A stretch of DNA of 44,394 nucleotides from Solirubrobacterales bacterium (lineage in GTDB: Bacteria > Actinomycetota > UBA4738 > HRBIN12), in contig JBLNAW010000220.1 in assembly GCA_050259555.1 (NCBI GenBank), positions 1 to 44,394 on the forward strand, given 5' to 3'. Below the pieces are notes generated by a model, which saw only the letters and a program-made list of their open reading frames with translations, was not told the origin of the DNA and did no database searches. Positions 18,696 through 27,282 of the stretch are shown here, piece by piece (the stretch's first letter is position 1; the number at the start of each line of letters is the position of its first letter). Both the position numbers and the translations under genes were made by a program.

Positions 18696-19433
18696 TCAGG
18701 CGACGGCGGCGATCGCGGCCGCCAGGTCGAGCCCTTCGAGCGCGGCGCGGCCGACGATCGCGCCCTCGACCGGAGGCCCGAGCGCGGCGATCGCCTCGAG
18801 ATCCTCGATGCCCCGGATGCCGCCCGAGGCGATCACGGGCCGGCCGGAATGCGTGGCGAGCGCCCAGATCCCGTCGAGGTCCGGGCCGCCGAGGCTGCCG
18901 ACACGACCGACCTCGGTGAGGAGGAACCGCTCGACGTCGAGGCCGTCGAGCCACTGCAAGGTCTCCCAGAGCGGCAGCTCCCGCGCCCCCTTGCCACGCG
19001 GACGGATCGTCGAGCCCTCGGCCTCGATCCCGATGACGAGCGAGTCTTTGAGGGTCTCCACGAGCTTCGCCGTCGCGTCTCGGTAGCCAAGCGCCCCCGA
19101 GCCCAGCACGACGCGCGAGGCCCCGGCCGACAGGAGCGCATCGACCTGCGGACCGGAGGCGACGCCGCCGCTCGCCTGCACCTTCACCCCGAGATCGGCC
19201 ACCGCGCGCACGACGTCGGTGTTCGCCGGGCGGCCGGTCGTCGCGAGGTCGATGTCGACCACATGCACCCACCGGGCGCCGGCGCCGACGAAGGATCGTG
19301 CGGCCTCGAGGGGGTCGCCGCCGAACGCCTCTACCGGCTCGCTGCCGTCTCGGGTGAAGCGCGCGAGCCGGCCGCCGGCGACGTCGATCGCGGGGATCAC
19401 CTCGAGGCCCATCGGCGACAGCGTATCGGCCAT
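18696..19433 (-). CDS. hisA: HisA/PriA-family (beta-alpha)8 isomerase (ProFAR isomerase, possibly a dual HisA/TrpF PriA type)
   Basis: 245 aa with [32 protein letters not shown]...[23 protein letters not shown] and GAIVGRA, resembling actinobacterial PriA. Start ATG 19433, or 19412. The rest of track ORF 18696..19757 is a run-on. Confidence 0.85.
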   Translation of the reverse strand: MADTLSPMGLEVIPAIDVAGGRLARFTRDGSEPVEAFGGDPLEAARSFVGAGARWVHVVDIDLATTGRPANTDVVRAVADLGVKVQASGGVASGPQVDALLSAGASRVVLGSGALGYRDATAKLVETLKDSLVIGIEAEGSTIRPRGKGARELPLWETLQWLDGLDVERFLLTEVGRVGSLGGPDLDGIWALATHSGRPVIASGGIRGIEDLEAIAALGPPVEGAIVGRAALEGLDLAAAIAAVA

Positions 19434-19459
19434 GCGAGGCCGGTGGGTACGATGCCCTC

Positions 19460-20053
19460 GTGGAGCTGCCTCTGTTCGCCCTCCACTCGGTCCTGTTCCC
19501 CGGCGGGGACCTCGAGCTGCACGTCTTCGAGGAGCGGTACCTGCGGATGATGGAGGACGTCCTCCCCGAGGCGCCCTTCGCGATCGCCGCGATCCGTCAC
19601 GGTCAGGAGGTCGGGGGCACCTACGTCCCGTACCCCGTGGGTGTCCGCGTCCTGCCCGTGGACTTCGAGCTCCTCGAGGACGGGACCTACGAGGTCCACG
19701 TCCACGCCGAGGACCGGCTCCGCCTGCTCGAACCCGTCGCCGAGCACCCGTACGCACGTTGGCGCGTGGAGCCCTTCCCGGAGGAGGGGCCGGCGGACCG
19801 GCGGCTCGTCGCCGGCGCGATGGCGGCGGCGGTCCGGTTCCTCGACGTCGCGGGCGTCGACGGCGAGCTCGAGTTCGAGCCCGACCCGGTCGCGGCGAGC
19901 TACACCCTCGCCACGCTCACGCCCGGACTCGTCCCCGATCGCCAGGCACTGCTGGAGATCGCCGGTCCCGCCGAGCGGCTCGAGCGCCTCACACGCTCGT
20001 TCCGGCAGGAGGCCGGGCTGCTACGGGCGCTGCGGGAGCGTCGGGCACCCTGA
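19460..20053 (+). CDS. Lon protease N-terminal (LON substrate-binding, PUA-like) domain protein
   Basis: N-terminus [26 protein letters not shown] matches the LON N-domain signature (LPLFPL..VLFPG..L.L.IFEPRY). 197 aa, GTG start. Confidence 0.75.
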   Translation: MELPLFALHSVLFPGGDLELHVFEERYLRMMEDVLPEAPFAIAAIRHGQEVGGTYVPYPVGVRVLPVDFELLEDGTYEVHVHAEDRLRLLEPVAEHPYARWRVEPFPEEGPADRRLVAGAMAAAVRFLDVAGVDGELEFEPDPVAASYTLATLTPGLVPDRQALLEIAGPAERLERLTRSFRQEAGLLRALRERRAP

Positions 20054-23000
20054 CGAGCCCACGCGGCCGGTCCTCGGCGCGTCCCTCCACCCTGGCCGAG
20101 CCGCTGCCGAGCAGCAGCCGGAGCTCCGAGAGCAACCCGGCCGAGGGATCCACCCGGTAGCTGCCGACGTCGAGCGGCGTGACCCCCTGCGACGACTGGA
20201 AGCGAACCTGGACGGGCGTTCGGCCCGGCTGGCCGCCGAGCAGCTCGCGGAGCTTCGTGATCACCGCGTTCGTGCAGCTCGAGGCGGGGAGGTCGACGAC
20301 GAGCACCCCGGGGGTCACCGCGGCGACACCCGGCCGCCCGAGGTCGGGCTCGGAGACCTCGACGGCGCGGATCTGGACCTCCTCGCCGCGTCCGCGTCGG
20401 TCGATGCGGCCCTTCACGAGCACGATCGCGTCCGTCTCGATCAGGTGCGGCACCTGCTCGTACACGTTGGGGAACGCCACCACCGTGACGCCCCCGGCGA
20501 GATCCTCGAGGCGGAACTGCGCGTACGGCTCACCCTTCTTCGTGTAGCGGCGAGCGACCGCGCCCACGATCCCCGCGAGCGTCACGAGGTCGCCGTCGTC
20601 GAGCGTGACGACCTCGGGGACCTCCATGTCGGCCTGCGCCGCCAGCGTCTCCCGAACCGCGAGCAAGGGATGGTCGGTCACGAACTGGCCGAGCATCTCC
20701 TTCTCCTGCTTCAGGAGGAGGCTCTTCTCGAATTCCTCGCCCTGGAGCACGGCCTCGTCGATCTCGTGGCCGGCCTGGTCGCCGCCGCCGAACAGGGAGA
20801 ACTGCCCCGCGGCCTCGGCCTTGCGCTCCGCCACGATCGGCGCCGAGACCTTGTCGTGGTTCTCGAACAACGCCTTGCGCGCGTACCCGAGTGAGTCGAA
20901 GGCGCCCGCCAGGATCAGGCTCTCGAGCACCTTCTTCGTGAGGACCGACGGATCGACCTTGCGACAGAAGTCCGCGAAGGACGCGAACTCCCCCTTCGCC
21001 CGACGCGCGTCGATGATCTGCGTCACGGCGCCCGCGCCGACGTTGCGGACGGCCGAGAGCCCGTACCGGATCTTCGGCTCGCCCGTCCGCACGGGCGCGA
21101 AGTCGAGCTCGGACTCGTTCACGTCGGGCGGCAGCACCTCGAGTCCCATCAGCCGGCAGGCGTTCAGGTAGAACGGCTTGCGGTCCTTGTCGTCCTTCAC
21201 GCTCGTGAGGACCGCGGACATGTACTCGACGGGGTGATGCGCTTTGAGGTAGGCGGTCTGGTACGCGACGTACCCGTACGCGCACGCGTGCGACGCGTTG
21301 AAGCCGTAGTCAGCGAAGGGCACGATCATCTCGAACAGGCTGGTCGCCAGACGGCGCTCGTACCCGTTGGTGACGGCGGTCTCGATGAACCGCTCGCGGT
21401 GCTTCGCGATCTCGGCCGGCTTCTTCTTGCCCATGGCCTTGCGCAAGCTGTCCGCCTCGCCCATCGAGTACGAGGCCACGCGCACGGCGATCTGCATGAC
21501 CTGCTCCTGGTAGACCAGCACGCCGTACGTGCCGGCCAGGATCTCCTCGAGATCGGGATGTGGGTATTCGAGCTTGCGCCGCCCGTGCTTGCGCTCGGCG
21601 TACTCGACGTGCATGCCGGCGTTCAACGGACCCGGGCGGTACAGCGCCACGAGGGCCATGAGGTCCTCGAACCGGTCGGGCGCGAGGGCGCGGATCAGGT
21701 TGCGCATGCCTGCGCTCTCCATCTGGAACACGCCGGTCGTATCCGCCTTCTGGAGCATCGTGTACACGTCCGCGTCGTCGAGCGGGACGTGGTCGATGTC
21801 GAGCGCGATGTCCTTGCGTCGCAGGTGCGCGAGCGTGTCCTCGATGACCGAGAGGTTCCGCAGCCCGAGGAAGTCCATCTTCAGCAGGCCGAGCTTCTCG
21901 ACGCCGTGCATGTCGAACTGCGTGACGGTCCGGCGCGAGTCGTCCCGGGAATCCTTCGAGAGCTTGAGCGGCAGGTAGTTCACGAGCGGCGCGTCCCCGA
22001 TCACCACGCCGGCCGCATGCACCGAGTCCTCGCGGCGCAGACCCTCGAGCGCGCGGGCCGTCTCGACGATCTCCTTGGCCTCCGGCTCCCTCAGGTACGC
22101 GTCCTTCAGCTCGGGCGAGAGCTCGAGGGCCTGGTCGATCGGGTAGTCGCGCCCCATCACGGCGGCCGGGTACATCTTGCAGAGACGGTCTCCGACGGAC
22201 GCCGGGAAACCCAGCACGCGGGCGGCGTCCCGGATGCCCTGCTTCCCCTTGATCGTCTGGAACGTGATGATCTGCGCGACGTGGTCCTGCCCGTACTTCT
22301 GCGCCACGTACCGGATGACCTCGTCCCGCCGTCGCTCGTCGAAGTCCATGTCGATGTCGGGCATCTGGATGCGCTCGGGGTTCAGGAACCGCTCGAAGAT
22401 GAGGCCGTACTTCAGCGGGTCGAGGTCGGTGATCCGCAGCGAGTACGACACGACCGACCCCGCCGCCGAGCCGCGTCCCGGTCCGACGCGGATCCCGGTC
22501 TCCCGCGCGAACCGGATCAGGTCCCACACGATGAGGAAGTACCCCGCGAACCCCATCGAGGTGATCACCTCGAGCTCCGTCTCGAGGCGCTCGGCGATCT
22601 CCGGCGTGACGTCGCCGTACCGGTCCCGGGCGCCTTCGAAGACGAGCTCGCGCAGGTAGGCGTCGCGGTCCTTGTCTTCCGGCGCCTCGAACCGCGGGAC
22701 GTGGAACCGCTCTTCGGGCGGCGCGCCGTCGCCGTAGACGAGCTCGAGCTCGCACATCTCGGCGATCGCGAGGGTGTTGTCGCAGGCCTCGGGGACCTCC
22801 ACGAACACCGCGCGCATCTCGTCCGGGCCTTTCAGGTAGAACTCGTCGCTGTCGAACTTCAGCCGATTCGGATCGGTCTGCACCTTCTGCTGTTGGATGC
22901 ACAGCAGCACGTCGTGGGGCTTGGCGTCCTCGCGTTCCGTGTAGTGCAGGTCGTTGGTCGCCACGACCGGAAGGTCCGCCCGTCGCGCGAGTTGGATGAG

Positions 23001-23573
23001 GGCCGGCAGGATCTGACGCTGCTCGGCGAGGCCGTGGTCCTGCAACTCGATGAAGAAGTTCCCTCGGCCGAAGATGTCCGCGTACGTGGCCGCGACCTCG
23101 TCGGCCTTCGTCGTCTGACCGGTGAGGAGCAGCTGCGCGATCTCGGACGCGAGGCACCCGGACAGCCCGACGAGCCCCTCCGCGCGCTCCGCGAGGAGCT
23201 GCTTGTCGATGCGGGGTCGGTGGTAGAAGCCCTCGAGGTGCGCGTCGGTCACCAGCTTCAGGAGGTTGCGGTAGCCGCGCTCGTCCCGCGCGAGGATCGT
23301 GAGGTGGCGGTACTTCTCCTCGCTCTCGCCCGGCGCGCGCTCGAACCGGGAGGCCGGGGCGACGTACGTCTCGACCCCGAGGATCGGCTTCACCCCCGCC
23401 GCGAGACCCGCCTCGTAGAACTCGAGGGCGCCGAACATCGCCCCGTGGTCGGTGACGGCGAGGGCCGGCATCCCGTGCTCGGCCGCGCGCGCGAAGAGCT
23501 GGCCGATCCGGGCGGCCCCGTCGAGCAGGGAGTACTCGGTGTGCGTGTGGAGGTGGACGAAGCTCTCAGCCAT
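19989..23573 (-). CDS. dnaE: DNA polymerase III alpha subunit
   Basis: ATG at 23573 (MAESFVHLHTHTEYSLLDGA PHP domain). Also GSAAGSVVSY, IQMPDIDMDF, VHAAGVVI, and OB and C-terminal domains. ~1194 aa. Confidence 0.95.
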   Translation of the reverse strand: MAESFVHLHTHTEYSLLDGAARIGQLFARAAEHGMPALAVTDHGAMFGALEFYEAGLAAGVKPILGVETYVAPASRFERAPGESEEKYRHLTILARDERGYRNLLKLVTDAHLEGFYHRPRIDKQLLAERAEGLVGLSGCLASEIAQLLLTGQTTKADEVAATYADIFGRGNFFIELQDHGLAEQRQILPALIQLARRADLPVVATNDLHYTEREDAKPHDVLLCIQQQKVQTDPNRLKFDSDEFYLKGPDEMRAVFVEVPEACDNTLAIAEMCELELVYGDGAPPEERFHVPRFEAPEDKDRDAYLRELVFEGARDRYGDVTPEIAERLETELEVITSMGFAGYFLIVWDLIRFARETGIRVGPGRGSAAGSVVSYSLRITDLDPLKYGLIFERFLNPERIQMPDIDMDFDERRRDEVIRYVAQKYGQDHVAQIITFQTIKGKQGIRDAARVLGFPASVGDRLCKMYPAAVMGRDYPIDQALELSPELKDAYLREPEAKEIVETARALEGLRREDSVHAAGVVIGDAPLVNYLPLKLSKDSRDDSRRTVTQFDMHGVEKLGLLKMDFLGLRNLSVIEDTLAHLRRKDIALDIDHVPLDDADVYTMLQKADTTGVFQMESAGMRNLIRALAPDRFEDLMALVALYRPGPLNAGMHVEYAERKHGRRKLEYPHPDLEEILAGTYGVLVYQEQVMQIAVRVASYSMGEADSLRKAMGKKKPAEIAKHRERFIETAVTNGYERRLATSLFEMIVPFADYGFNASHACAYGYVAYQTAYLKAHHPVEYMSAVLTSVKDDKDRKPFYLNACRLMGLEVLPPDVNESELDFAPVRTGEPKIRYGLSAVRNVGAGAVTQIIDARRAKGEFASFADFCRKVDPSVLTKKVLESLILAGAFDSLGYARKALFENHDKVSAPIVAERKAEAAGQFSLFGGGDQAGHEIDEAVLQGEEFEKSLLLKQEKEMLGQFVTDHPLLAVRETLAAQADMEVPEVVTLDDGDLVTLAGIVGAVARRYTKKGEPYAQFRLEDLAGGVTVVAFPNVYEQVPHLIETDAIVLVKGRIDRRGRGEEVQIRAVEVSEPDLGRPGVAAVTPGVLVVDLPASSCTNAVITKLRELLGGQPGRTPVQVRFQSSQGVTPLDVGSYRVDPSAGLLSELRLLLGSGSARVEGRAEDRPRGLVRVPDAPAAPVAARPPAGTSV

Positions 23574-23638
23574 CGGCGGTCGGGCATCCCCTTCCCGAAG
23601 CGCCACCCGTCCCGCCGCACCCCCGGTTGTGGGAAACG

Positions 23639-23647
23639 TGTGGATAA
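23639..23647 (-). promoter_or_regulatory. perfect DnaA-box 9-mer (TTATCCACA on the minus strand) in the dnaE/nuclease divergent promoter region
   Basis: The plus strand reads TGTGGATAA at 23639-23647, inside the only AT-richer patch of the 158-nt divergent intergenic region. Confidence 0.3.
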
Positions 23648-23731
23648 GTTACAGGCTTGTGATTCCCGAGGACCCGAGGATAGACTGGCCGGACCACCGA
23701 GGCAACCGGCGAGGTCACGGGGAAGGTTCGG

Positions 23732-24859
23732 ATGCGGCTGTCGTACTCGAGCGTCAACACCTACGAGACCTGCCCCGCCAAGTACCGATTCCAGTACGAG
23801 GAACGCCTCCCGTCTCGGCCCTCCCCCGCCCTTTCCTTCGGGGACTCGCTCCACCAGGCGCTCTACCGGTTCCACAGCCGCCCCGTCCCGGTCGCCCCGT
23901 CGCTCCAGGAGCTCCACGAGATGCTCGACGGCGTCTGGGTCGCCGACGGGTTCGCCGACGTCTCCGAGGAGCAGATGTACCTGGAGCACGGGCGTCAGGT
24001 CCTCGAGCAGTACCACCGCGACAACGCCCACGCCTACCGGATCCCCGCCGCCATGGAGTTCCGCTTCCTCATCGACATCGAGGGGGTCCAGGTCTCGGGT
24101 GTCATCGACCGCATGGACCGGATCCCCGGCGGCGGGTACGAGATCATCGACTACAAGACGAACCGCCGTCTCCCGCCGCAGCGGCGGATCGACGAGGACC
24201 TCCAGCTGTCCGTCTACTACCTCGCCGCGCGCGAGGTCTGGGGGATCGAGCCCGAGCGGCTCACGCTCTACTACCTCCTGCCCGGCCAACGGATGACCAC
24301 CGTGCGGACGCCCGCGCACGCGGACGAGCTGCGCCGGCGGATCGTGACGGTGGCCGAGCGCATCGAGGCCGGCAGGTTCGAGCCGCGCCAGAACCCGCTC
24401 TGCGACTGGTGCGATTTCCAGGCTCTCTGCCCGCTCTTCCGACACCAGCACGAGAAGCGGGAGGGGGACCCGGCCCCTCGGATGACCCAGATCGTCGACG
24501 AGTGGGTCGAGCTCAAGCGACGAGGTCGCGAGACCTACCGCCGGATCGACGAGCTCGCGGGGCTCATCAACGCCTTCTGCGACGAGCACGGGTACCGCCG
24601 CCTGTTCGGCTCGGACGGCGCGGCCGTCGATCGCCGGCCGCAGCACGTCACGGCCCCGGTGGACGAGAAGGTCCGCGCGATCCTCGAGCCGCTCGGGCTG
24701 TGGGAGCAGGTGCTCGCGGTCGACCCGCGGAAGCTGTCCGAGCTCATCGAGTCCCGGAGCCTGCCCCCCGACGTCGAGGACGCCTTGATGGCCTCGCGCG
24801 AGGAGGTCCGTACCCAGTACGCGCTGTTCCTGAAGGAGCCAGCCTCGAGCCGCCGGTAA
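23732..24859 (+). CDS. PD-(D/E)XK nuclease, Cas4/AddB-like with a 4-Cys Fe-S cluster signature, plus a ~130-aa C-terminal extension of unknown function
   Basis: N-terminal SYSSVNTYETCPAKYRFQY, core GVIDRMD...YEIIDYKT (D...D/E-x-K), and C-terminal CDWCDFQALC (C-x2-C-x5-C), which pairs with the N-terminal Cys as in Cas4/AddB/RecB-family exonucleases. Confidence 0.8.
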   Translation: MRLSYSSVNTYETCPAKYRFQYEERLPSRPSPALSFGDSLHQALYRFHSRPVPVAPSLQELHEMLDGVWVADGFADVSEEQMYLEHGRQVLEQYHRDNAHAYRIPAAMEFRFLIDIEGVQVSGVIDRMDRIPGGGYEIIDYKTNRRLPPQRRIDEDLQLSVYYLAAREVWGIEPERLTLYYLLPGQRMTTVRTPAHADELRRRIVTVAERIEAGRFEPRQNPLCDWCDFQALCPLFRHQHEKREGDPAPRMTQIVDEWVELKRRGRETYRRIDELAGLINAFCDEHGYRRLFGSDGAAVDRRPQHVTAPVDEKVRAILEPLGLWEQVLAVDPRKLSELIESRSLPPDVEDALMASREEVRTQYALFLKEPASSRR

Positions 24860-24868
24860 GCCGACGGG

Positions 24869-25762
24869 TCAGGCCTCCCTCCTGATCCGTCGCAGCGCCT
24901 CCTCGAGCTCCCCGGGCAGGGGATCCTCGAGCTCGATCCGCTCCCCGGTTACCGGGTGGTCGAGCCCCAGGCGCCACGAGTGGAGGAACGGCCGCGTGAG
25001 CCCGAGCGCCCGCGCCTCGTCTCCGCCGCCGCCGTAGCGCGCATCTCCCAGGATCGGGTGGCCGATCGACGCGAGGTGGACGCGGATCTGGTGCGTGCGT
25101 CCCGTCCTCGGAGCCGCCTCGAGCAGCGTGGCGCGCCCGAACCTCTCCGCGACCTCGAAGGCGGTCTCGGCCTGCCTGCCGGCCGCGGCGTCGAGCCGGA
25201 TCCGCGACCCCGTGCGCCCGAGCGGCGCGTCCACGACGAACCGCTGGTCCCCCACGGCCCCGCGAACGAGCGCGAGGTAACGCCGCTCGACCGCGTGACG
25301 GCGGAACAGGTCCACGAGGCCGGCCCGGGCGGGCTCGTCGAGGGCGACCACCAGCAGACCGGAGGTTCCGGCGTCGAGGCGGTGCACGATCCCGGGGCGC
25401 AGTGGGTCATCCGCCTCCGCGAGCCGCAGCCCCATGCCGAGGAGCCGGTTCACCAGCGAGCCGGTCCGGCGTCCCTCGCTCGGATGGGTGGGCACGCCGG
25501 CCGGCTTGCTCACCACGGCGAGGTGCTCGTCCCGCCAGCGGACCTCGACCGGCGGGCCCTCGGGCTCGAGCGCGCGGACGCCGGCGAGATCCACCAGGAT
25601 CCGCTCGCCGCCCTCGAGCCTCGTGGACTTCGCTCGGGGCTCCCCGTTCACCAGGACGTCGCCGGCGGCGATCGCCCGTTGGGCCTCGGCCCGGGGGATG
25701 CCGAGCACGGAGGCGATCACGGCGTCGAGGCGGCCGGGAACCCCCTCGAGCTCCTCGGCCAT
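24869..25762 (-). CDS. rluD: RluA/RluD-family 23S rRNA pseudouridine synthase
   Basis: S4-like N-terminus (RLDAVIASVLGIPRAEAQRAI), catalytic HRLDAGTSGLLVVA, and THQIRVHLA. The ATG at 25762 follows the lspA stop. Confidence 0.85.
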   Translation of the reverse strand: MAEELEGVPGRLDAVIASVLGIPRAEAQRAIAAGDVLVNGEPRAKSTRLEGGERILVDLAGVRALEPEGPPVEVRWRDEHLAVVSKPAGVPTHPSEGRRTGSLVNRLLGMGLRLAEADDPLRPGIVHRLDAGTSGLLVVALDEPARAGLVDLFRRHAVERRYLALVRGAVGDQRFVVDAPLGRTGSRIRLDAAAGRQAETAFEVAERFGRATLLEAAPRTGRTHQIRVHLASIGHPILGDARYGGGGDEARALGLTRPFLHSWRLGLDHPVTGERIELEDPLPGELEEALRRIRREA

Positions 25763-25763
25763 C

Positions 25764-26243
25764 TCAGCCCGCCTCCCTCTCCTCCCGGCGGAAGCTCGCG
25801 AGCGCGAGGAGCAGGGCACCGACGACGACGCTCGTATCGGCGAGGTTGAACACCGGCCAGATCCGCAGGTCGATGAAGTCCGTCACGCGGCCCGTGAGCC
25901 CCGGTCCGTTCATCACGCGGTCGGTGAGGTTGCCGAGCGCCCCACCCAGCACGAGCCCGAGCGCGACGGCCACCAGCGCGTGCGAGAGCCGGGCCGAGAC
26001 CACCACGACGATGCCGGCGACGAGGATCGTGGCGCCGGCGAAGAGCCATGGAGCGCTCTGCCCGAACCCGAAGGCCCCGCCGGAGTTCGTCGTGTACGTG
26101 AGGTGCAGCGCACCCGGGATGACCTCGATCGGGGCTCGGCCCGAGAGCGCATCGGCGGCCCACGCCTTGGTGACCCGGTCGAGCGCGTAGGCGAGGACGG
26201 CGGTTCCGTACAGGAGGCCGGCGAGGCGGGCCGGACGGGTCAC
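25764..26243 (-). CDS. lspA: lipoprotein signal peptidase II
   Basis: 159 aa with 4 TM segments, TTNSGGAFGF, LGNLTDR, VTDFID and FNLADTS motifs. Confidence 0.9.
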   Translation of the reverse strand: MTRPARLAGLLYGTAVLAYALDRVTKAWAADALSGRAPIEVIPGALHLTYTTNSGGAFGFGQSAPWLFAGATILVAGIVVVVSARLSHALVAVALGLVLGGALGNLTDRVMNGPGLTGRVTDFIDLRIWPVFNLADTSVVVGALLLALASFRREEREAG

Positions 26244-26249
26244 GGCCGC

Positions 26250-26636
26250 CTACCGGCGGGCCTGTGCCTGCGCGTCCTTGATACAGAGGTCGACGTACGG
26301 GAGCGCCTTCAGGCGAGCCTTCTCGATGGGCTTGCCACAGCGCGAGCACAGGCCGAACGAGCCCTCGTCCATCCGGGACAGCGCCCGGTCGATCTTGCCC
26401 ATGAGGTCGCGGACGTTGTTCTCGATCGACAGGTCACGCTCGCGCTCGAAGGTGAAGGTGCCGGCGTCGGCGTTCTCCTCGTCGAACGACACCTCCCCGG
26501 ACATGTCCGACTGGGAGGTCGCGAAGGAGGTCTCCTCGATCGTCGTGAGCTGGGTCTCCAGCTCGGCCCGCTCCTCGACCAGGCGTTGCCGCAGGTCGTC
26601 GAGCTCCTTCTTCGTGTACACGCTCTTCCCGGCCAT
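26250..26636 (-). CDS. TraR/DksA-family C4 zinc-finger protein
   Basis: Coiled-coil N-terminus and C-terminal CSRCGKPI...DLCIKD four-Cys finger. It sits upstream of lspA, as in many actinobacteria. Confidence 0.85.
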   Translation of the reverse strand: MAGKSVYTKKELDDLRQRLVEERAELETQLTTIEETSFATSQSDMSGEVSFDEENADAGTFTFERERDLSIENNVRDLMGKIDRALSRMDEGSFGLCSRCGKPIEKARLKALPYVDLCIKDAQAQARR

Positions 26637-26683
26637 GGCCGAGGGACGGTAGCACCCGCGAGCATGGCCGACAACGACCCTGC

Positions 26684-26959
26684 TCAGGTCCCACCGAGGC
26701 GAACCTGCAGGTCATCGGCGGTGAACCCGTCGATCTCGAAGACCTTCGTCCGCGAGGTTGCGCCGCGGAGCAGCCGGACGCGCGAGGGTGCGATCCCGAG
26801 CGCGGAGGCGAGGGCTCGGCGCGCCTCCTCCGTCGCCCTCCCGCCCTCGGGAGCCGCTCGGACGCGCACGCGGATCTCGCCCGGGTCGCCCTCGACGCCG
26901 GTGCGTCCGGACCGAGGCATCACCCGTACCGTGACCGTGCCCATCTCGGCGTGTAGCAT
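26684..26959 (-). CDS. DUF167 (YggU-like) small protein
   Basis: 91 aa with VRVMPRSGRTGVEG...IRVRVRAAPEGGRATEEA...LGIAPSRVRLLRGATSRTKVFEI, the typical DUF167 pattern. Alternative ATG at 26944. Confidence 0.7.
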   Translation of the reverse strand: MLHAEMGTVTVRVMPRSGRTGVEGDPGEIRVRVRAAPEGGRATEEARRALASALGIAPSRVRLLRGATSRTKVFEIDGFTADDLQVRLGGT

Positions 26960-26969
26960 GACCCGTCAC

Positions 26970-27240
26970 AGGCGATGACGGGAACGAGTAGCGAGGGTTC
27001 CCTCCCGCAGCGAGCCGGGGACGGTGGGAGCCCGGCGGCAGGCCCCTCGCGAACATCCTCCCCGAGCCGCCGCCCGAACCGGACGCGTGCCACGCGCCCG
27101 CAGTAGGCGCGGACGGGTCCGCCCGTCACAGCGGGAGGCCGTGTCGGCGGCCGATGAGCGGCGCGGGGCGTGAGGCCCCGGGCAAGCGGGGTGGTACCGC
27201 GGGGCAGGCGCCTCGTCCCCGAGGGGACGGGGCGTTTTCC
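26970..27240 (+). promoter_or_regulatory. T-box riboswitch leader of ileS with an intrinsic terminator
   Basis: T-box core GGGTGGTACCGCG at ~27188-27201. Stem I elements: GATGA/GAGTA (K-turn and S-turn-like), the helix GCGAGGG...CCCTCGC, a distal hairpin GCCGGG-gacGGTGGGAg-CCCGGC, and a candidate specifier GAAC-ATC-C at ~27052-27058. Terminator: CGCCTCGTCCCC (27209-27220) pairs with GGGGACGGGGCG (27223-27234), followed by TTTT (27235-27238). Confidence 0.7.
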
Positions 27241-27282
27241 GTTCCCGGGCCGAGCTCGGGGACGCGTGAGGAGGAGGACGGG

